A program made the translations under genes and the position numbers. DNA of 64,000 nucleotides from Octopus sinensis. Taxonomy: Eukaryota. The number at the start of each line of letters is the position of its first letter. The stretch's first letter is position 1. Positions 38,885-52,111 of the stretch are shown in pieces. Below the pieces are notes generated by a model. The model was not told the DNA's origin. It did not search any database and was given only the letters and a program-made list of their open reading frames with translations. The stretch spans positions 107,198,001 through 107,262,000 of the forward strand of contig NC_043001.1 of NCBI RefSeq assembly GCF_006345805.1, given 5' to 3'.

Positions 38885-39718
38885 GTATTTGCAGATTTGT
38901 ATGTTTTATGTGTGCATTCTCAAGCATACAGTTGCATGTCTAGATATACACATATATACTTAAATGATAGACTTCTGAAAAGTTTTACAGTTCCTGTTAT
39001 AGCTTGGATCTGTTGTCTTCGAATCAGCCTTCTCTTTTCTGGTTTTGAGAAGCTTAATTTCTCAAGATTGGTTTCCAATAATTACAGGTATAAACCTGAA
39101 CTTGTAATCTGCATAGAGTAACTGCAGATTTCTCAATAGTTCAGCATAGGTATACTCTTTTTCATTGATCTTCAGCTTTTTGTTAACATCCGTTGTGCAC
39201 AGTTTCCCTTCTTATCCCTAATCATAATATCAGGTCTGTTGTGCTTACATTATGTATGTATGTATGTATGTATGTATTGTATGTATGTATGTATGCATGC
39301 ATGTATGCATGTATGTATGTATGTATGTATGATGTATGTATGTATGTATGTATGTATTTGCAGATTTGTATGTTTTATGTGTGCATTCTCAAGCATACAG
39401 TTGCATGTCTAGATATACACATATATACTTAAATGATAGACTTCTGAAAAGTTTTACAGTTCCTGTTATAGCTTGGATCTGTTGTCTTCGAATCAGCCTT
39501 CTCTTTTCTGGTTTTGAGAAGCTTAATTTCTCAAGATTGGTTTCCAATAATTACAGGTATAACCTGAACTTGTAATCTGCATAGAGTAACTGCAGATTTC
39601 TCAATAGTTCAGCATAGGTATACTCTTTTTCATTGATCTTCAGCTTTTTGTTAACATCCGTTGTGCACAGTTTCCCTTCTTATCCCTAATCATAATATCA
39701 GGTCTGTTGTGCTTAGAT
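38885..39718 (-). mobile_element. Two tandem near-identical 3' fragments of an RLE-type LINE within (ATAC)n
   Basis: Minus: KHNRPDIMIRDK..NEKEYTYAELLRNLQLLY.DYKFRFIPVIIG..AITGTVK. Period is 469 bp (38885 and 39354), and each unit is bounded by (TATG)n. Confidence 0.8.
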
Positions 39719-39892
39719 TATGTATGTATGTATGTATGTATGTATGTATGTAGGTATGATGCTCACACATTCCTGAACTTGCAACGCATATTAACACTGG
39801 ACACCTTGTCCTGGCTTGTCACTGAATCGTGTCAATAAGGTGGACAGGGTCTGTGAAGTGCTGTCCAAGCCTTAACGGACCTGAAATTTCAG

Positions 39893-40020
39893 ATTGTGCA
39901 ATCGTCGGCGAGGAGGGGTACGCGACGGGCAAGGAAGCCGCGGACGCGAACCCGGGAGAAGCCGACTGCTGGTGCAATAACCACATGCACGGGAATTGCT
40001 GGCATTTTGCATGGACAATG
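39893..40020 (+). other. Candidate lone exon (GC/CpG-rich), or a LINE 3' remnant
   Basis: TTTCAG|ATTGTG..ACAATG|GTCAGT flanks; 128 nt; two open frames. The segment is followed by a CATCATTATCATCAT tail-like run. Confidence 0.3.
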
Positions 40021-41012
40021 GTCAGTGATGGTTTTCCTCGGTCACGTGTGGACAGCCATCATTATCATCATGTATATGTTTGCTTGTTTGTGTGTATGTG
40101 CGTGTGTGTGTGTTTGTATTTGTGTGTGTGTGTATGCGTGCGTGCGCGTAAGTGTGTGTGTATGTGTGTGTGAGTGTGTTTGCGTATGTGTGTGAGTGGG
40201 TTTGTATGAAGAGCTAGAATCTTAGGTGCAGTTGATTGACTCTTCTAAAATCATGTTCCATTTTAAGTGTGTCTCTGCAATACGTGGCTGTCATGACTCT
40301 TTAAACGGTCTGTCGGTTTATATTATTTTATTGTTAAGGAGCAATGACATATGTATAAAACATGACAATGTCTGAAAGGTGAAAATTATTTCATGTAGGT
40401 GTATTTGTATGTATGACACGCACGCATATAAAGCCTGAGCGTACACAAGCATATATATATCTATTTATGTGTGTATATATGCGCAACAACGACCACACAA
40501 GCACAAAAGTGTAAGCATTCACAATAATATTATTCATGTATTTTTATTATCACCTATAAGGTGTCGACCTGTCAGAAACGTTGACGCTCCTTGCAAAATG
40601 TTTAGTCACTTCTTGTCCGCCTTTGAGTTCAAATTCCCCCACCGTCGATGTTTTGCCATTCGATCTTTCGAGACTAACGAAATTACGTACCCCACCATCC
40701 TCCAACATGTCAGGACTTTTTGCCTATATTAGATTGGATTATTTATCATCAAATAAATCCATTATATTTTTAAGTGTGAAAATTCGACATTCCTATGTAA
40801 CCAATTACACGAATACAAACACATTTGTACATAATTATTATGATTATATAAGCGTAGTTAAGAAAATTCTTACTCGGGCAAGAAATGAGAAAGAGAGAAC
40901 GAAATTAAAAAGGGAGTTTGAGAATCACATACACTTTACCTGCGCCCATGCTGGGGCGCCATCTTGAATGGTTTTAGTTAAATGAATTAGCCTCGGTACA
41001 TATTATTATTAC

Positions 41013-41080
<68 letters not shown>

Positions 41081-41081
<1 letters not shown>

Positions 41082-41250
41082 GCCTTTGCACAGATTCTAA
41101 CGCTGGAGATGTACTACAATGTCAGCTGTTCACTACCATTGAACTAAGATAACATCTCTTAGTTTTGAGCACCTTCCAGAGTATTCGAGCGGTTCCAAGC
41201 AGTGCTGTTTTCTGCAAGTGTTCCACCCTTATTGCAGCCCCTATTTCTTC
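41081..41250 (-). mobile_element. Dong family A 3' end, with its (TAA)n tail on the minus strand (40995-41080)
   Basis: The reverse complement matches 44390-44502 (..CTCCAGCGTTAGAA..TGTGCAAAGGC followed by AAT repeats). Confidence 0.85.
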
Positions 41251-41454
41251 CACTTAAGCACGAGCACAAAGGTACACATACACATAGGCAAATGCACACA
41301 CATTTCTATAGACATACGTATTCATACAGATACAAATACACACACACACACATATTAAGGTGCTCGAAAAATAAGAGATGTTACCTTAGTTCACTGCAAG
41401 TGAATAGCTGCAACAACAACAACAACAATAATAATAATGATTCCATTTATTTGC

Positions 41455-41890
41455 CAGTAGGGCGAAGAATGGGGTGGGGACAATACGAAGACAGACATAA
41501 AGCGTGGGGGTTTACATATAAAGGAATGATAAAAAGATGGAAAGAAAGAAAGAAAGAAATTAAGTATATAGTGAAAAGGGGGGGACATATGCATAGCATA
41601 CAAAGGTTTAAAACATGAGTGGCGGGAAGGATAACAGAGATGTGGTCCTCATGATATAGGAAAACCTCTAGGGATATTCGAAGAACCTCACTGTCCGAGA
41701 CTTCTTTGAATCCCCAAGAGCAAGTGCCCTCTCCATTTCCTTCTCTCCGACTCACAGGTCTACACTTAGAGAGGTACCATCAGCTCTTGCCATTTTCGGA
41801 ATTTTCACCCAACTTTTAATAAACTCACTCGAGGACAGTACTTTCCTCTCCACACTCAATTTCCTTTTCAAGTAAAACTTCAAGAAGTCA
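41455..41890 (-). mobile_element. L1/Tx1-like LINE 3' end, truncated by a SINE
   Basis: NDFLKFYLKRKLSVERKVLSSSEFIKSWVKIPKMARADGTSL* plus a 3'UTR. Confidence 0.65.
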
Positions 41891-41891
41891 T

Positions 41892-42297
41892 TGGCAGAAA
41901 CGTTAGCACGCCGGATGAAATGCCTAGCGGTATTTCGTCTGCCGTTACGTTCTGAGTTCAAATTCCGCCGAGGTCGACTTTGCCTTTCAACCTTTCGGGG
42001 TCGATTAAATAAGTACCAATTACGCACTGGGGTCGATATAATCGACTTAATCAGTTTGTCTGTCCTTGTTTGTCCTCTCTATGTTTAGCCCCTTGTGGGT
42101 AGTAAAGAAATAGAAATAGGTATTTCGTCTGTCTTTACGTTCTGAGTTCAAATTCCGCCGAGGTCGACTTTGCTTTTCCTCCTTTCGGGGTCGATAAATT
42201 AAGTACCAGTTACGTACTGGGGTCGATGTAATCGACTTCCCCTCCAACCAAAAGAAATTTCGGACCTTGCGCCTAAAGTAGAAAATAATAATAATTG
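41892..42297 (+). mobile_element. SINE S1 dimer
   Basis: Same two-unit layout as 32915-33297 and 59973-60365. Confidence 0.88.
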
Positions 42298-43284
42298 TCT
42301 CTAATTTAAACACAAATCCGGCAGTTTTGAAGGAAGTTAAACGATATCATCGATTCCAGTATTTAAAAAATATAAACCTGTTGTAACCCCGTCTCACAAA
42401 AACAAACAATGGGAAAGGCTTGTTGGGAATAAACCAGCACAAAAAACAGTCGGGTAACAAAATAGGACAAAGCAAAGTTACTTGCGGCAAGGAGTCTAGG
42501 GAAAAGGATTGGTTAGTAGAGAAAAGATACTTCCCAGGTGAGTCAAAAGAAATACATAACATCATCGGCAACAAGGCCAGTCCTTCATGATGTTTCGTAA
42601 AGTAGGATTTCATGACCTAATAACTTTACCCAACCTATTGAATTGTCTGTTTTGTTATGAACAAAGAGTTATTTATAGTTAGGTATGAGAGAATTCTTTG
42701 TTAGAAAGTCGAATAAAAAATACATTGTAGTATTTCATCCGGATGTTGATACCCTGAGTTCAAACCCTACCTGGATCATCATTGTCTTCCACCAATCTGG
42801 CACCAATAAAATAATAAAACACCAGTCCAAGCCAGAAGTTCAAAACATTGGACGAATTTCTTTTTCATGTTTTTCCATCAGTTTATATACCCAGTAGGCG
42901 TGGCAAACTTGTCATCTGTATCTTGATGATATGACGGCGACTTGAAACAGAATTAAAAAGAAATTACCTGAACGAAAAGGCTACGAGAAACGCATAAAAA
43001 TTCCATAGCAATTGTGAAAGAGGTCACCAGATTTTGTTCATTGTGAAGATTTTGGGTCCAAGGACAGCTATCTTAAAGGAAGAGTTTAGTCGACAGCATT
43101 GACCAAATCCCAGTATAAGATTGGTGTTTTATTTTATAGATCCCCGAAATCATGACGGTAAACTTGATTTCGGTAGGAACGAAAATAAAAACAAATCGAA
43201 ACAAGCACCGCAAAACAATTTTTCCAGCGTTCAAACTGTTTCACCAGCTTTCTGCCGTTGAAGCAAGAATAAAAATAAATCATT

Positions 43285-43640
43285 TCTACATGAGGCACAA
43301 GATCTGAAATTCTGGAAAAAATATTCAGTCGATTACGTCGATCCAAGTGCTCAACTGGTACTTATTTTATCGACACCGAAAGGAAGAAAGGCAAAGCCGA
43401 CCTCGGCGGAATTTGAACTCAGGACGTAAAGACGGACGAAATGCCGCTAAGCAATTTTCCCGACGTGCTAACGATTCTGCCGGCTCGCCTAATAATCCAC
43501 TCTACTATACCCACAAGGCCTGAAATTTGGGGGAGGGGTAAGTCGATTACATTGACACCCAGTGTTTTACTGGTACTTAATTTATCGACCCCGAAAAGAT
43601 GAAAGGCAAAGTTGACCTCGGCGGCAGCTAACCTATTAAT
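43285..43640 (-). mobile_element. Two SINE S1 copies (one internally deleted)
   Basis: S1 body motifs ATCGACCCCGAAAGGATGAAAGGCAAAG on this strand. Confidence 0.8.
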
Positions 43641-43646
43641 AATAAC

Positions 43647-43679
<33 letters not shown>

Positions 43680-43730
43680 TAATAATAATAATAATAATAA
43701 TGATAATAATAATAATGATAATAATAATAA

Positions 43731-43797
43731 CAAGCTGGCTCTGGGTGAGACTTGGAGTCAGCTTGTGCAAATGTAATGCAAAAGTCAAACATAGAAT
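43731..43797 (+). mobile_element. ~65 bp Dong family B 3' tip within (TAA)n
   Basis: CTCTGGGTGAGACTTGGAG..GCAAAAGTCAAACATAG matches 48490-48546. Confidence 0.85.
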
Positions 43798-43811
43798 AAT
43801 AATAATAATAA

Positions 43812-44501
43812 TGTAAATGATAAGTGCATAAAGCGATAAGTGCAGAATCTGTGGACAAAATAAGAAAGAGATAAGTGCAGAATCTATGGACAAAACGATG
43901 AAACTGTATGGTATATTACCAGCCAATGTACGCCACTAGCGCAGAAGGAATATAAGAGACGACACGACAATATAGCCAGGCTTGTCCATTGGACAGTTTG
44001 CAACAAATATGGACTTGACAGAGCAAAAAATTGGTACGACCACAAACCTGAAGGCATCGTCGAAAATGGAAAGGCAAAGATCCTATGGGATTTTATGATT
44101 CAGTGCAACCGTGAGATAGAAAATAGGAAGCCGGACATAGTCTTAATTGAGAAAGAAAGCAAACTATGCTGTATCATAGATATAGCATGCGCAGCTGGCA
44201 ACAAGGTATGCGATAAGGAAGAAAGAAAAGTCGAGAGATGTGACAAGTTAGCTTGGGAAGTTAAGCAGTTGTAGTCGATGAAAGAGGTAGTAGTAGTAGT
44301 ACCAATAATTGTCGGAGCCCTGGTAAGAGTGAGCAAAAATCTCGAGAAGTACGTGGAACAAATATGGGCAGCAATAAGGGTGGAGTACTTGCAGGAAGCA
44401 GCACTGCTTGGAACCGCTCGAATATTCCGGAAGGTGCTCGAAAAATAAGAGTGAACAGCTGACACTGTAGTACGTCTCCAGCGTTAGAAGCTGTGCAAGG
44501 C

Positions 44502-44502
<1 letters not shown>
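43812..44502 (+). mobile_element. Dong family A, 5'-truncated (CCHC and RLE)
   Basis: DKCRI..ETVWYITSQC..RHDNIARLVHW..KPDIV..IIDIAC..VPIIVGAL..LLGTARIFRKVLE*, followed by a 3'UTR and (AAT)n. Confidence 0.9.
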
Positions 44503-44554
<52 letters not shown>

Positions 44555-44556
<2 letters not shown>

Positions 44557-45053
44557 TGGCTTCTAATCTTAACTGATTGGAAGTATTATCATGTACATTG
44601 TTTTGTCTTGGTATAAAAGATGGGCTACAGCAAATATTCTGCTCAATACCACAGATTTGCTTGTCAGTTGTTTGACCTTAACCAGTTGAGCATATCCCTT
44701 AGTGGCTGACGATATGTGCATCTCTGATCACGAGCAGAAGTAGTGGGGGAGCATCATAGCCATGTGTTGAGAGGTATTCTTTGGGGTTTAAATAATTCCC
44801 CTCTGGAAACATGGGTGGTTCTTTCAACATCCTTAAACAACCCTTATTCAGGGACCTGAAGAAAATTCTAACTGGGCCCCACCTGCAAGGTCATGTGCTG
44901 TTTATCTTGATATGAGATCACCATGTCGCGCACATATGGTTGTGATGCATGTGCCTGGTGTACCCTTATCAGACGGGTAGTCATGATGGGTATATTGGGC
45001 TTCGTATATTTTATCCCAATGTCACTTTGATGGCATGTACTGCTCTCTCACTC
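44555..45053 (+). mobile_element. Non-coding element X, copy 1 (5'-truncated, complete 3' end)
   Basis: Flanked by (TAA)n on both sides and matches 45330-45722 and 56465-56640. Confidence 0.8.
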
Positions 45054-45084
45054 AATAATAATAATAATAATAATGATAATAATG

Positions 45085-45120
<36 letters not shown>

Positions 45121-45268
45121 TAATAATAATAATAATAACAATAATAATAGTAATAATAGTTAATAATAATAATAATAATAATAAATAATAATAATAATAA
45201 TTATTATTATTATTATATTATTATTATTATTATTATTATTATTTATAATATTAATAATAATAATAATA

Positions 45269-45300
<32 letters not shown>

Positions 45301-45329
45301 TAATAATAATAATAATATAATAATAATAA

Positions 45330-45722
45330 ATGCCCTGATGCAGTACCAGGAAGTGGCTCTCATGGCTTCTGATCTTAACTGATTGGAAGTGTTATCATGT
45401 ACATTGTTTTGTCTTGGTATAAAAGATGGGCTACAGCAAGTATTCTGCTCAATACCACAGATTTGCTTGTCAGTTGTATGACCTTAACCAGTCAAGCATG
45501 TCCCTTAGTGGCTGACGATATGTGCATCTCTGATCACGAGCAGAAGTATTTGAGGAGCATCATAACCATGTATTGAGATGGATTCTCTGGGGTTTGAATA
45601 ATTCACCTCTGGAAACATGGGTGTTTCGTTCAACATCCTTAAACAACCTTTATTCAGGGACCTTTTGAGTAGGATGGGTTACTCGACCAGAAGAAAATTC
45701 TAACTGGGCTCCATCTGCAAAT
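45330..45722 (+). mobile_element. Element X, copy 2 (complete 5' end, interrupted by an S1 fragment at 45727-45793)
   Basis: Starts ATGCCCTGATGCAGTACCAGG directly after (TAA)n. Confidence 0.8.
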
Positions 45723-45826
45723 GTTTCACTGGTACTTAATTTATCGACCACGAAAGGATGAAAGGCAAAGTTAACCCTGATGGCAGCTCGCCTAATAATA
45801 ATAATAATAATGATAATAATAATAAT

Positions 45827-45886
<60 letters not shown>

Positions 45887-45887
<1 letters not shown>

Positions 45888-48544
45888 CGTTTACTGCAGG
45901 GTCTGTACCATCAAAAGAAGAAGTGCAGAGATTTTGGAATAAAATCTGGGCAGAAGAAAAAACACACAACGAAAAGGCCCCCTGGATTGACAGAATATCT
46001 ACAGAACTGGACCCCTTAGAAGAGCAAAAGTGGGAGGGTGTCAAGGTAGAAGATATAAGATCTGCTCTCAGGAGGTCAAGCAAATGGAAGTCTCCAGGAA
46101 AGGATAAAATTCCTAACTTCTGGCTGAATGCCTTCCCAGAGAGCCATGAACTGCTAACATAACTGTACAATGATGTTTTGCAACACCCTAGTAGGATGCC
46201 TCCTTGGCTAGTTAATGGGTTAACATTCCTGCTTCCAAAAAGTGAAGAAACAAATGAACCAAAAAACTATAGACCCATAACCTGCTTAACAACTATGTAC
46301 AAAACACTAACATCTGTCCTGACGGAATATACCTATAGGTTTTTAACAGACAGCAGCATATTCCCTAATGAACAGAAAGGATGTAAAGACCAACTACTCA
46401 TCAATAAGATGATCTTAGAAGATTGTCACAAACGACACAAAAACTTATCAATAGCCTGGATAGACTATAAAAAGGCTTTTGATAGCCTACCACATAGCTG
46501 GATTAGGAAATGCCTTGAAATGTATAAGATAGCACCAACTCTGCGAAACTTCTTGACTGTAAGTATGAGATCATGGAGAACCACACTAACTCTGAACAGT
46601 GACAGTGAATCCCTAAATGCTGGTGATGTAAAAATTTCGTGTGGAATTTTCCAGGGTGACTCACTGTCACCACTCCTCTTTTGTTTATCCTTAATACCTC
46701 TCTCAAAGCTGCTCAATGACGCGCAGTACGGGTATAAAATGTTTGATAAAAATATAAATCATCTCGTTTACATGGATGATTTAAAGCTTTTTGCAAAAAA
46801 TGATCAACAACTCAAGGGCTTACTAGCGATAGTCAAACAATTCAGTGACGACATCAGAATGCAATTCGGCCTCGATAAATGTGCAAAGGCTACCTTTATC
46901 AAAGGAAAAATGACAGAAACATCTAACGTTAACCTTGACCAACAGAATGTCATAAAAGAACTAGACCCAGCGGAGAGCTACAAGTACCTAGGGATAATTG
47001 AAGGGAACGGAATAAGGCATTCAGAGATGAAGGAAAGGATCAGGAGAGAATGCTATCGAAGAGTGAGAGCAATACTCAAGACAGAGCTGAATGCAAGAAA
47101 CAGGATCGAAGCAATCAATGCATTAGCTATACCAGTCGTGACTTACAGTTTCAATATTGTTAACTGGTCAATTACTGAAATATGTCAGCTCGACAGAAAA
47201 ATAAGGAAACTGTTGACAATGCATAGAATGCACCACCCTAAGGCAGATACAGAACGACTCTATCTGCCAAGAAAAGAGAGAGGCCGTGGTCTTTTGCAAC
47301 TGGCAATAACAATGAAGATTGCTACAATTGGCCTAGACACCTACCTGAAAAACTCTGAGGACTGGATGCTAAAACTTGTCTCAGAACATGAAAACAAGAA
47401 AGCATCATACTCAGTCACAAAACAGGCAAAGGAATATCTAAGTGAATTCCGAATACAACCGATTTCGGAATTAGAGATAGATATACAAGAAACAAGCACA
47501 GAAAAAGCTAGGCGCATGAAAACCCGTGCCAAAACTGCGGCCTTAGATATTCTGAATAATAAATGGCAAGAAAAACCTCTCTATGGCAAATACCCAAAGA
47601 GAGCGAATAATGCAGATATCGACAAAGCCCTGACCCATCAATGGCTAATGGCCTCTGGCTTAAAATCTGAAACAGAGGGGTTTATCATAGCAGCTCAAGA
47701 TCAATGCCTACCAACAAGAAACTACCAGGCCAACATATTAAAGATCAGAAGCAGTCCAACGTGTCGTGTATGCAAGCAACAAAATGAAACCATTGACCAT
47801 GTGGTCTCCAAGTACAGTCTTCTAGCGCCTACAGAGTATCTCAACAGGCACGATAGAGCTGCACAATATATTCACTGGGTAATCTGTAAAAACCTGGATT
47901 TGCCCCATGAAAAAAACTGGTGGGAACACAAACCACCCCCTGCTTGAAAATGACCACATCTCACTCCTCTGGAACTTCACCATTCAAACTGACAGGAAGA
48001 TAGATGCAAATAGGCCAGACATCATATTGAAAGACTTCAAACAAAGAACATGCCTCCTCATTGATATGACTGTCCCAATCGATATAAACGTATCTGTCAA
48101 GACCTACCAAAAACTGAGCAAATATAAAGATCTTGAAATAGAAATCAGCAAAATGTGGAAGCTGAAGACTAAAACAATACCTGTTGTCATAGGTGCCCTG
48201 GGAATGATAGCAAAAGGGGCTGATAGCTACCTAACTCAGATACCAGGAAACCCCAAAATGGCAGAAGTTCAAAAGATAGTGCTCATGGGAACTGCTCATA
48301 TCCTACGCAAAATACTCTCTATGTAATCTCAAGGTTTAAAACAAACATAATTTTCGGTTTAAAAAAAAAAAAAAAACCCCTTTTTTTTTTCTTTTTAGAC
48401 ATTCATTAGTACAACATCCCCACCCCCCAATATATGGCACACTAGGCATAACAACAACATGAACTTCCAACCCTGTTGTCTCTTGAGGTCTCTGGGTGAG
48501 ACTTGGAGCCAACTTGTACAAATATAAAGCAAAAGTCAAACATA

Positions 48545-48546
<2 letters not shown>
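45887..48546 (+). mobile_element. Dong family B, 2.66 kb 5'-truncated copy
   Basis: NYRPITCL, WIDYKKAFDS, GIFQGDSLSP, YMDD, CRVC..H..S knuckle and RPDII..DMTVP..K RLE. One stop at 46160 and a frameshift at ~47940. (TAA)n on both sides. Confidence 0.95.
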
Positions 48547-48620
<74 letters not shown>

Positions 48621-48623
<3 letters not shown>

Positions 48624-50411
48624 GAACTGATCCCACTCTCAAACGAATTGGATAGTACCAGATATGGGTACAAAGTTTTTAGTAAGTCAATAAACCACCT
48701 TTTCTATATGGACGACCTAAAGCTGTTTGCCAGGAATGACCAAGAGCTAGAAGGGCTGCTAACAACTGTTAAAGAGTTTAGCAATGATATCGGAATGGAT
48801 TTTGGCATTGTTAAGTGTGCTAAAGCAACTTTCGTAAGAGGCAAGCTCAGGCAAACAGCTTCTGTTAAATTAGATATTGACACTACCATCAAGGAACTTG
48901 ACCCACAAGAAAGTAACAAATACCTAGGAATCAACGAAGGAGATGGTATACATCATGCTACTATGAAGGAAAAAATAAAAAAGGAATACTATAGGAGAAT
49001 AAGGCTTGTACTGAAGACTGAACTCAACTCCAAAAATTGCATTGAGGCCATTAACACCCTGGCACTTCCAGTAGTCCAGTACAGTTTTAACATCATTAAC
49101 TGGAACCCTACAGAACTCCAACGCTTGGACAGGAAGACAAGAAAATTACTGACATCCAAGAACATGCACCACCCTAAGGCAGATGTAGACCGCGTGTACC
49201 TACCTAGAAGCAGCGGGGGGAGAGGAATGATGCAATTAGAGCTGTGCTATAAGACCCCCACTGTAGGAATGAACAGGTACCTACCTAGTACAAAGGACTG
49301 GATGCTGCGACTTGTGTGCGAACACGAAAGCAGCAAAAAGCTGCATTCTATTGTCAAAGAAGCTTATAAGTTCGAAAGGGAACTAGACATTGACCTTGAA
49401 TCAGATGAAGAGCCGGAAACCACTGCTACCAAGCAAGCAAAGCGAATCAAGCAGACTGCAAAAAAGAACGGGCAGAATCAAATTGAGAGGCGGTGGAGCC
49501 AGAAGCCCCTGTATGGACAATATATTCTCCGAAGCCAAAATGCTGATGTAGACCAAGCAACAACCCATCAGTGGCTGAAGAGTTCAGGATTGAAAGCAGA
49601 GACTGAAGGCTTCATACTGGCAGCACAAGATCAAAGCTTGTTTACCAGAAATTACCAGGCTAACGTTCTCCGAAACGGTACTGACCCTAAATGCAGATTC
49701 TGCAACACATTTGACGAAACAATAGACCATCTCGTTTCGGGATGTCCTGTGCTGACACCAAACGAATACAAAAATCGCCACGATAGGGTAGGACAGTATA
49801 TACATTGGAAGATATGTAAACACTACAAATTCGGCACTCCTGCTAACTGGTATGAACACCATCCTCAGCCAGTTGTTGAAGGTAAAAATGTCATCATCCT
49901 CTGGGATTTTCCAGTCAACACTGACAGAACGATCAAGGCTAATCGACCAGACATAATTGTTAAAGACAGGGAAGAAAATACCTGCAGACTAATAGAGGTA
50001 AGCGTCCCCACTGATAAAAATATATCTGTAAAGGAATTTGACAAACTTAGTAAATACAAGGACCTGGAAATCGAAATACAAAAGATGTGGAATCTTAAAA
50101 CAAAAACTGTTCCTGTTATTGTAGGTGCCATAGGTATGATAAAAAAGGGATGTCAGAAACACATAGACAATATCCCTGGAGAACCATGTCTCAAGGAAAT
50201 CCAAAAGATTGTGCAAACAAGTACTGCCCACATCCTTAGAAAAATCCTATCAATGTAAATGTTTGTGTTGTATTACATGGAGATATTTCTCTACTTCTCC
50301 TCCCCAAGCTTTCAGCTATATTTCAACAACTCTTAACCTTCACTTGCCCTAGGGCGCTGGGTGTGCCCCGGCAAGTGATTACATCAAACATGCAGATTAA
50401 AAGTAAATGAC
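48621..50411 (+). mobile_element. Dong family C, 5'-truncated, uninterrupted 545 aa ORF
   Basis: FYMDD, HPKADVDR, CRFC..H..SGC, RHD, RPDII..EVSVPTD..KY. 3'UTR then (AAT)n. Confidence 0.95.
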
Positions 50412-50496
<85 letters not shown>

Positions 50497-50527
50497 TAAT
50501 AATAACAATAATAATAATAATAATAAT

Positions 50528-51930
50528 GCACGTAACAAGGTGTTAGCTATAAATTCCTTAGCAGTTCCAGTTGTTACTTATAGCTACAATGTGTTGAACT
50601 GGAATATGAGTGAAGTAAAGAATATAGATAGGAAAATACGCAAGCTGCTGAGTTGTAATAGGATGCACCACCCAAAGGCAGACGTGGATCGCCTTTACCT
50701 TCCCAGAGCCCAAGGAGGTCGAGGCCTGATCCAATTTGAACTAACTTACAAAACAATCACAATTGGACTGGCCAAATATCTCGAAATAACGAATGACTGG
50801 ATGCTAAAGCTCGTGGAAAATCACGAGAGACGAAAGAAGCTTCATTCTATCATAAAGGAAAGCAAAAAATTTGCTATTGATCTCGTGCAGGATACCCAAA
50901 CTGAACAACCCGAGGGAAGTACGGCAACTATTGTTGCAAAGATGGTAAAAATAATGGCAATGAAAAAAGCGCACGAGCAATTGGCTGATAGGTGGGAGGA
51001 GAAACCTCTGCACGGCAAATATGTGGCCCGCAGCAAACAAGCTGATGTTGACCATAAGCAAACCCATCAGTGGCTCGGAGCTCAGGGCTAAAAGCAGAGA
51101 GCGAAGGTTTCATCCTGGCTGCTCAAGATCAAAGCCTATTAACCCGGAACTACCAGGCCAATGTGATGAAAAATGGAGCAGACCCAAAATGCCGATTCTG
51201 CAACGACATGATTGAAACAGTGGACCACCTAATCTCTGGATGTAAAGTCTTAGCACCAGTGGAGTATAAATTAAGACATGACAGAGTTGGCCAATATCTA
51301 CACTGGCTAATAAGTCGGCATTACAATATCAAAACTGGCGACAAGTGGTATAATCACCACCCTGAGGCTGTAACTGAAGGAGAAAATGTAACCATTCTGT
51401 GGGACTTTCCAGTACATACAGACCGAACCATCAAGGCCAATAAACCAGATATTGTTGTGAAAGACCAAAACAATAAATTTTGCTTATTGATCGACATGAG
51501 CATCCCCTGTGATCATAATATCTCAGCGAAAGAGTTTGACAAGCTCAGAAAATATAAAGACCTACTCATTGAAATTGAGAAAATGTGGCATCTCAAGGCG
51601 GTTACAATACCAGTGATCGTAGGAGCACTAGGAATGATCAAGAAGGGAACCGAAAATTATATGAGAATGATCCCTGGCTTACCATCCCTGCAAGAAGTGC
51701 AAAAGATTGTCTTAACTGGTACATCACACGTATTGAGAAGAGCATTGTCGATGTGAGAACTGTTGCTGCTCATGTATTTTAATTTAACTTAAAAAAAAAA
51801 AATTTTTTTTAAATGAACGAACTATTGAGTTTGGTTTAATGGCCTACCAATGTATACTGAGTTTCCTTGCCCTAGGAGTCGGGAAGACACTCGGCAAGAA
51901 ATGGAAGCAAATTTGAAAGAAGAAAAAAAG
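50528..51930 (+). mobile_element. Dong family D, 5'-truncated with one frameshift
   Basis: ORFs 50540-51091 and 51070-51756 carry the thumb, CCHC and KPDIV..DMSIPCD RLE. (TAA)n on both sides. Confidence 0.95.
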
Positions 51931-51948
51931 TAATAATAATAATAATAA

Positions 51949-51999
<51 letters not shown>

Positions 52000-52047
52000 T
52001 ATTATTATTATTATTATTATTATTTATTATTATTATTATTTTTATTA

Positions 52048-52111
<64 letters not shown>

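Noticed and set aside
42360-42545. AG..CAG|GTGAGT-bounded segment as an exon
   Set aside because: All three frames contain stops, and there is no other support.
45758-46162. 134 aa ORF with a poly-Asn N-terminus
   Set aside because: Chance read-through from a SINE fragment across (AAT)n into the truncated Dong B copy.
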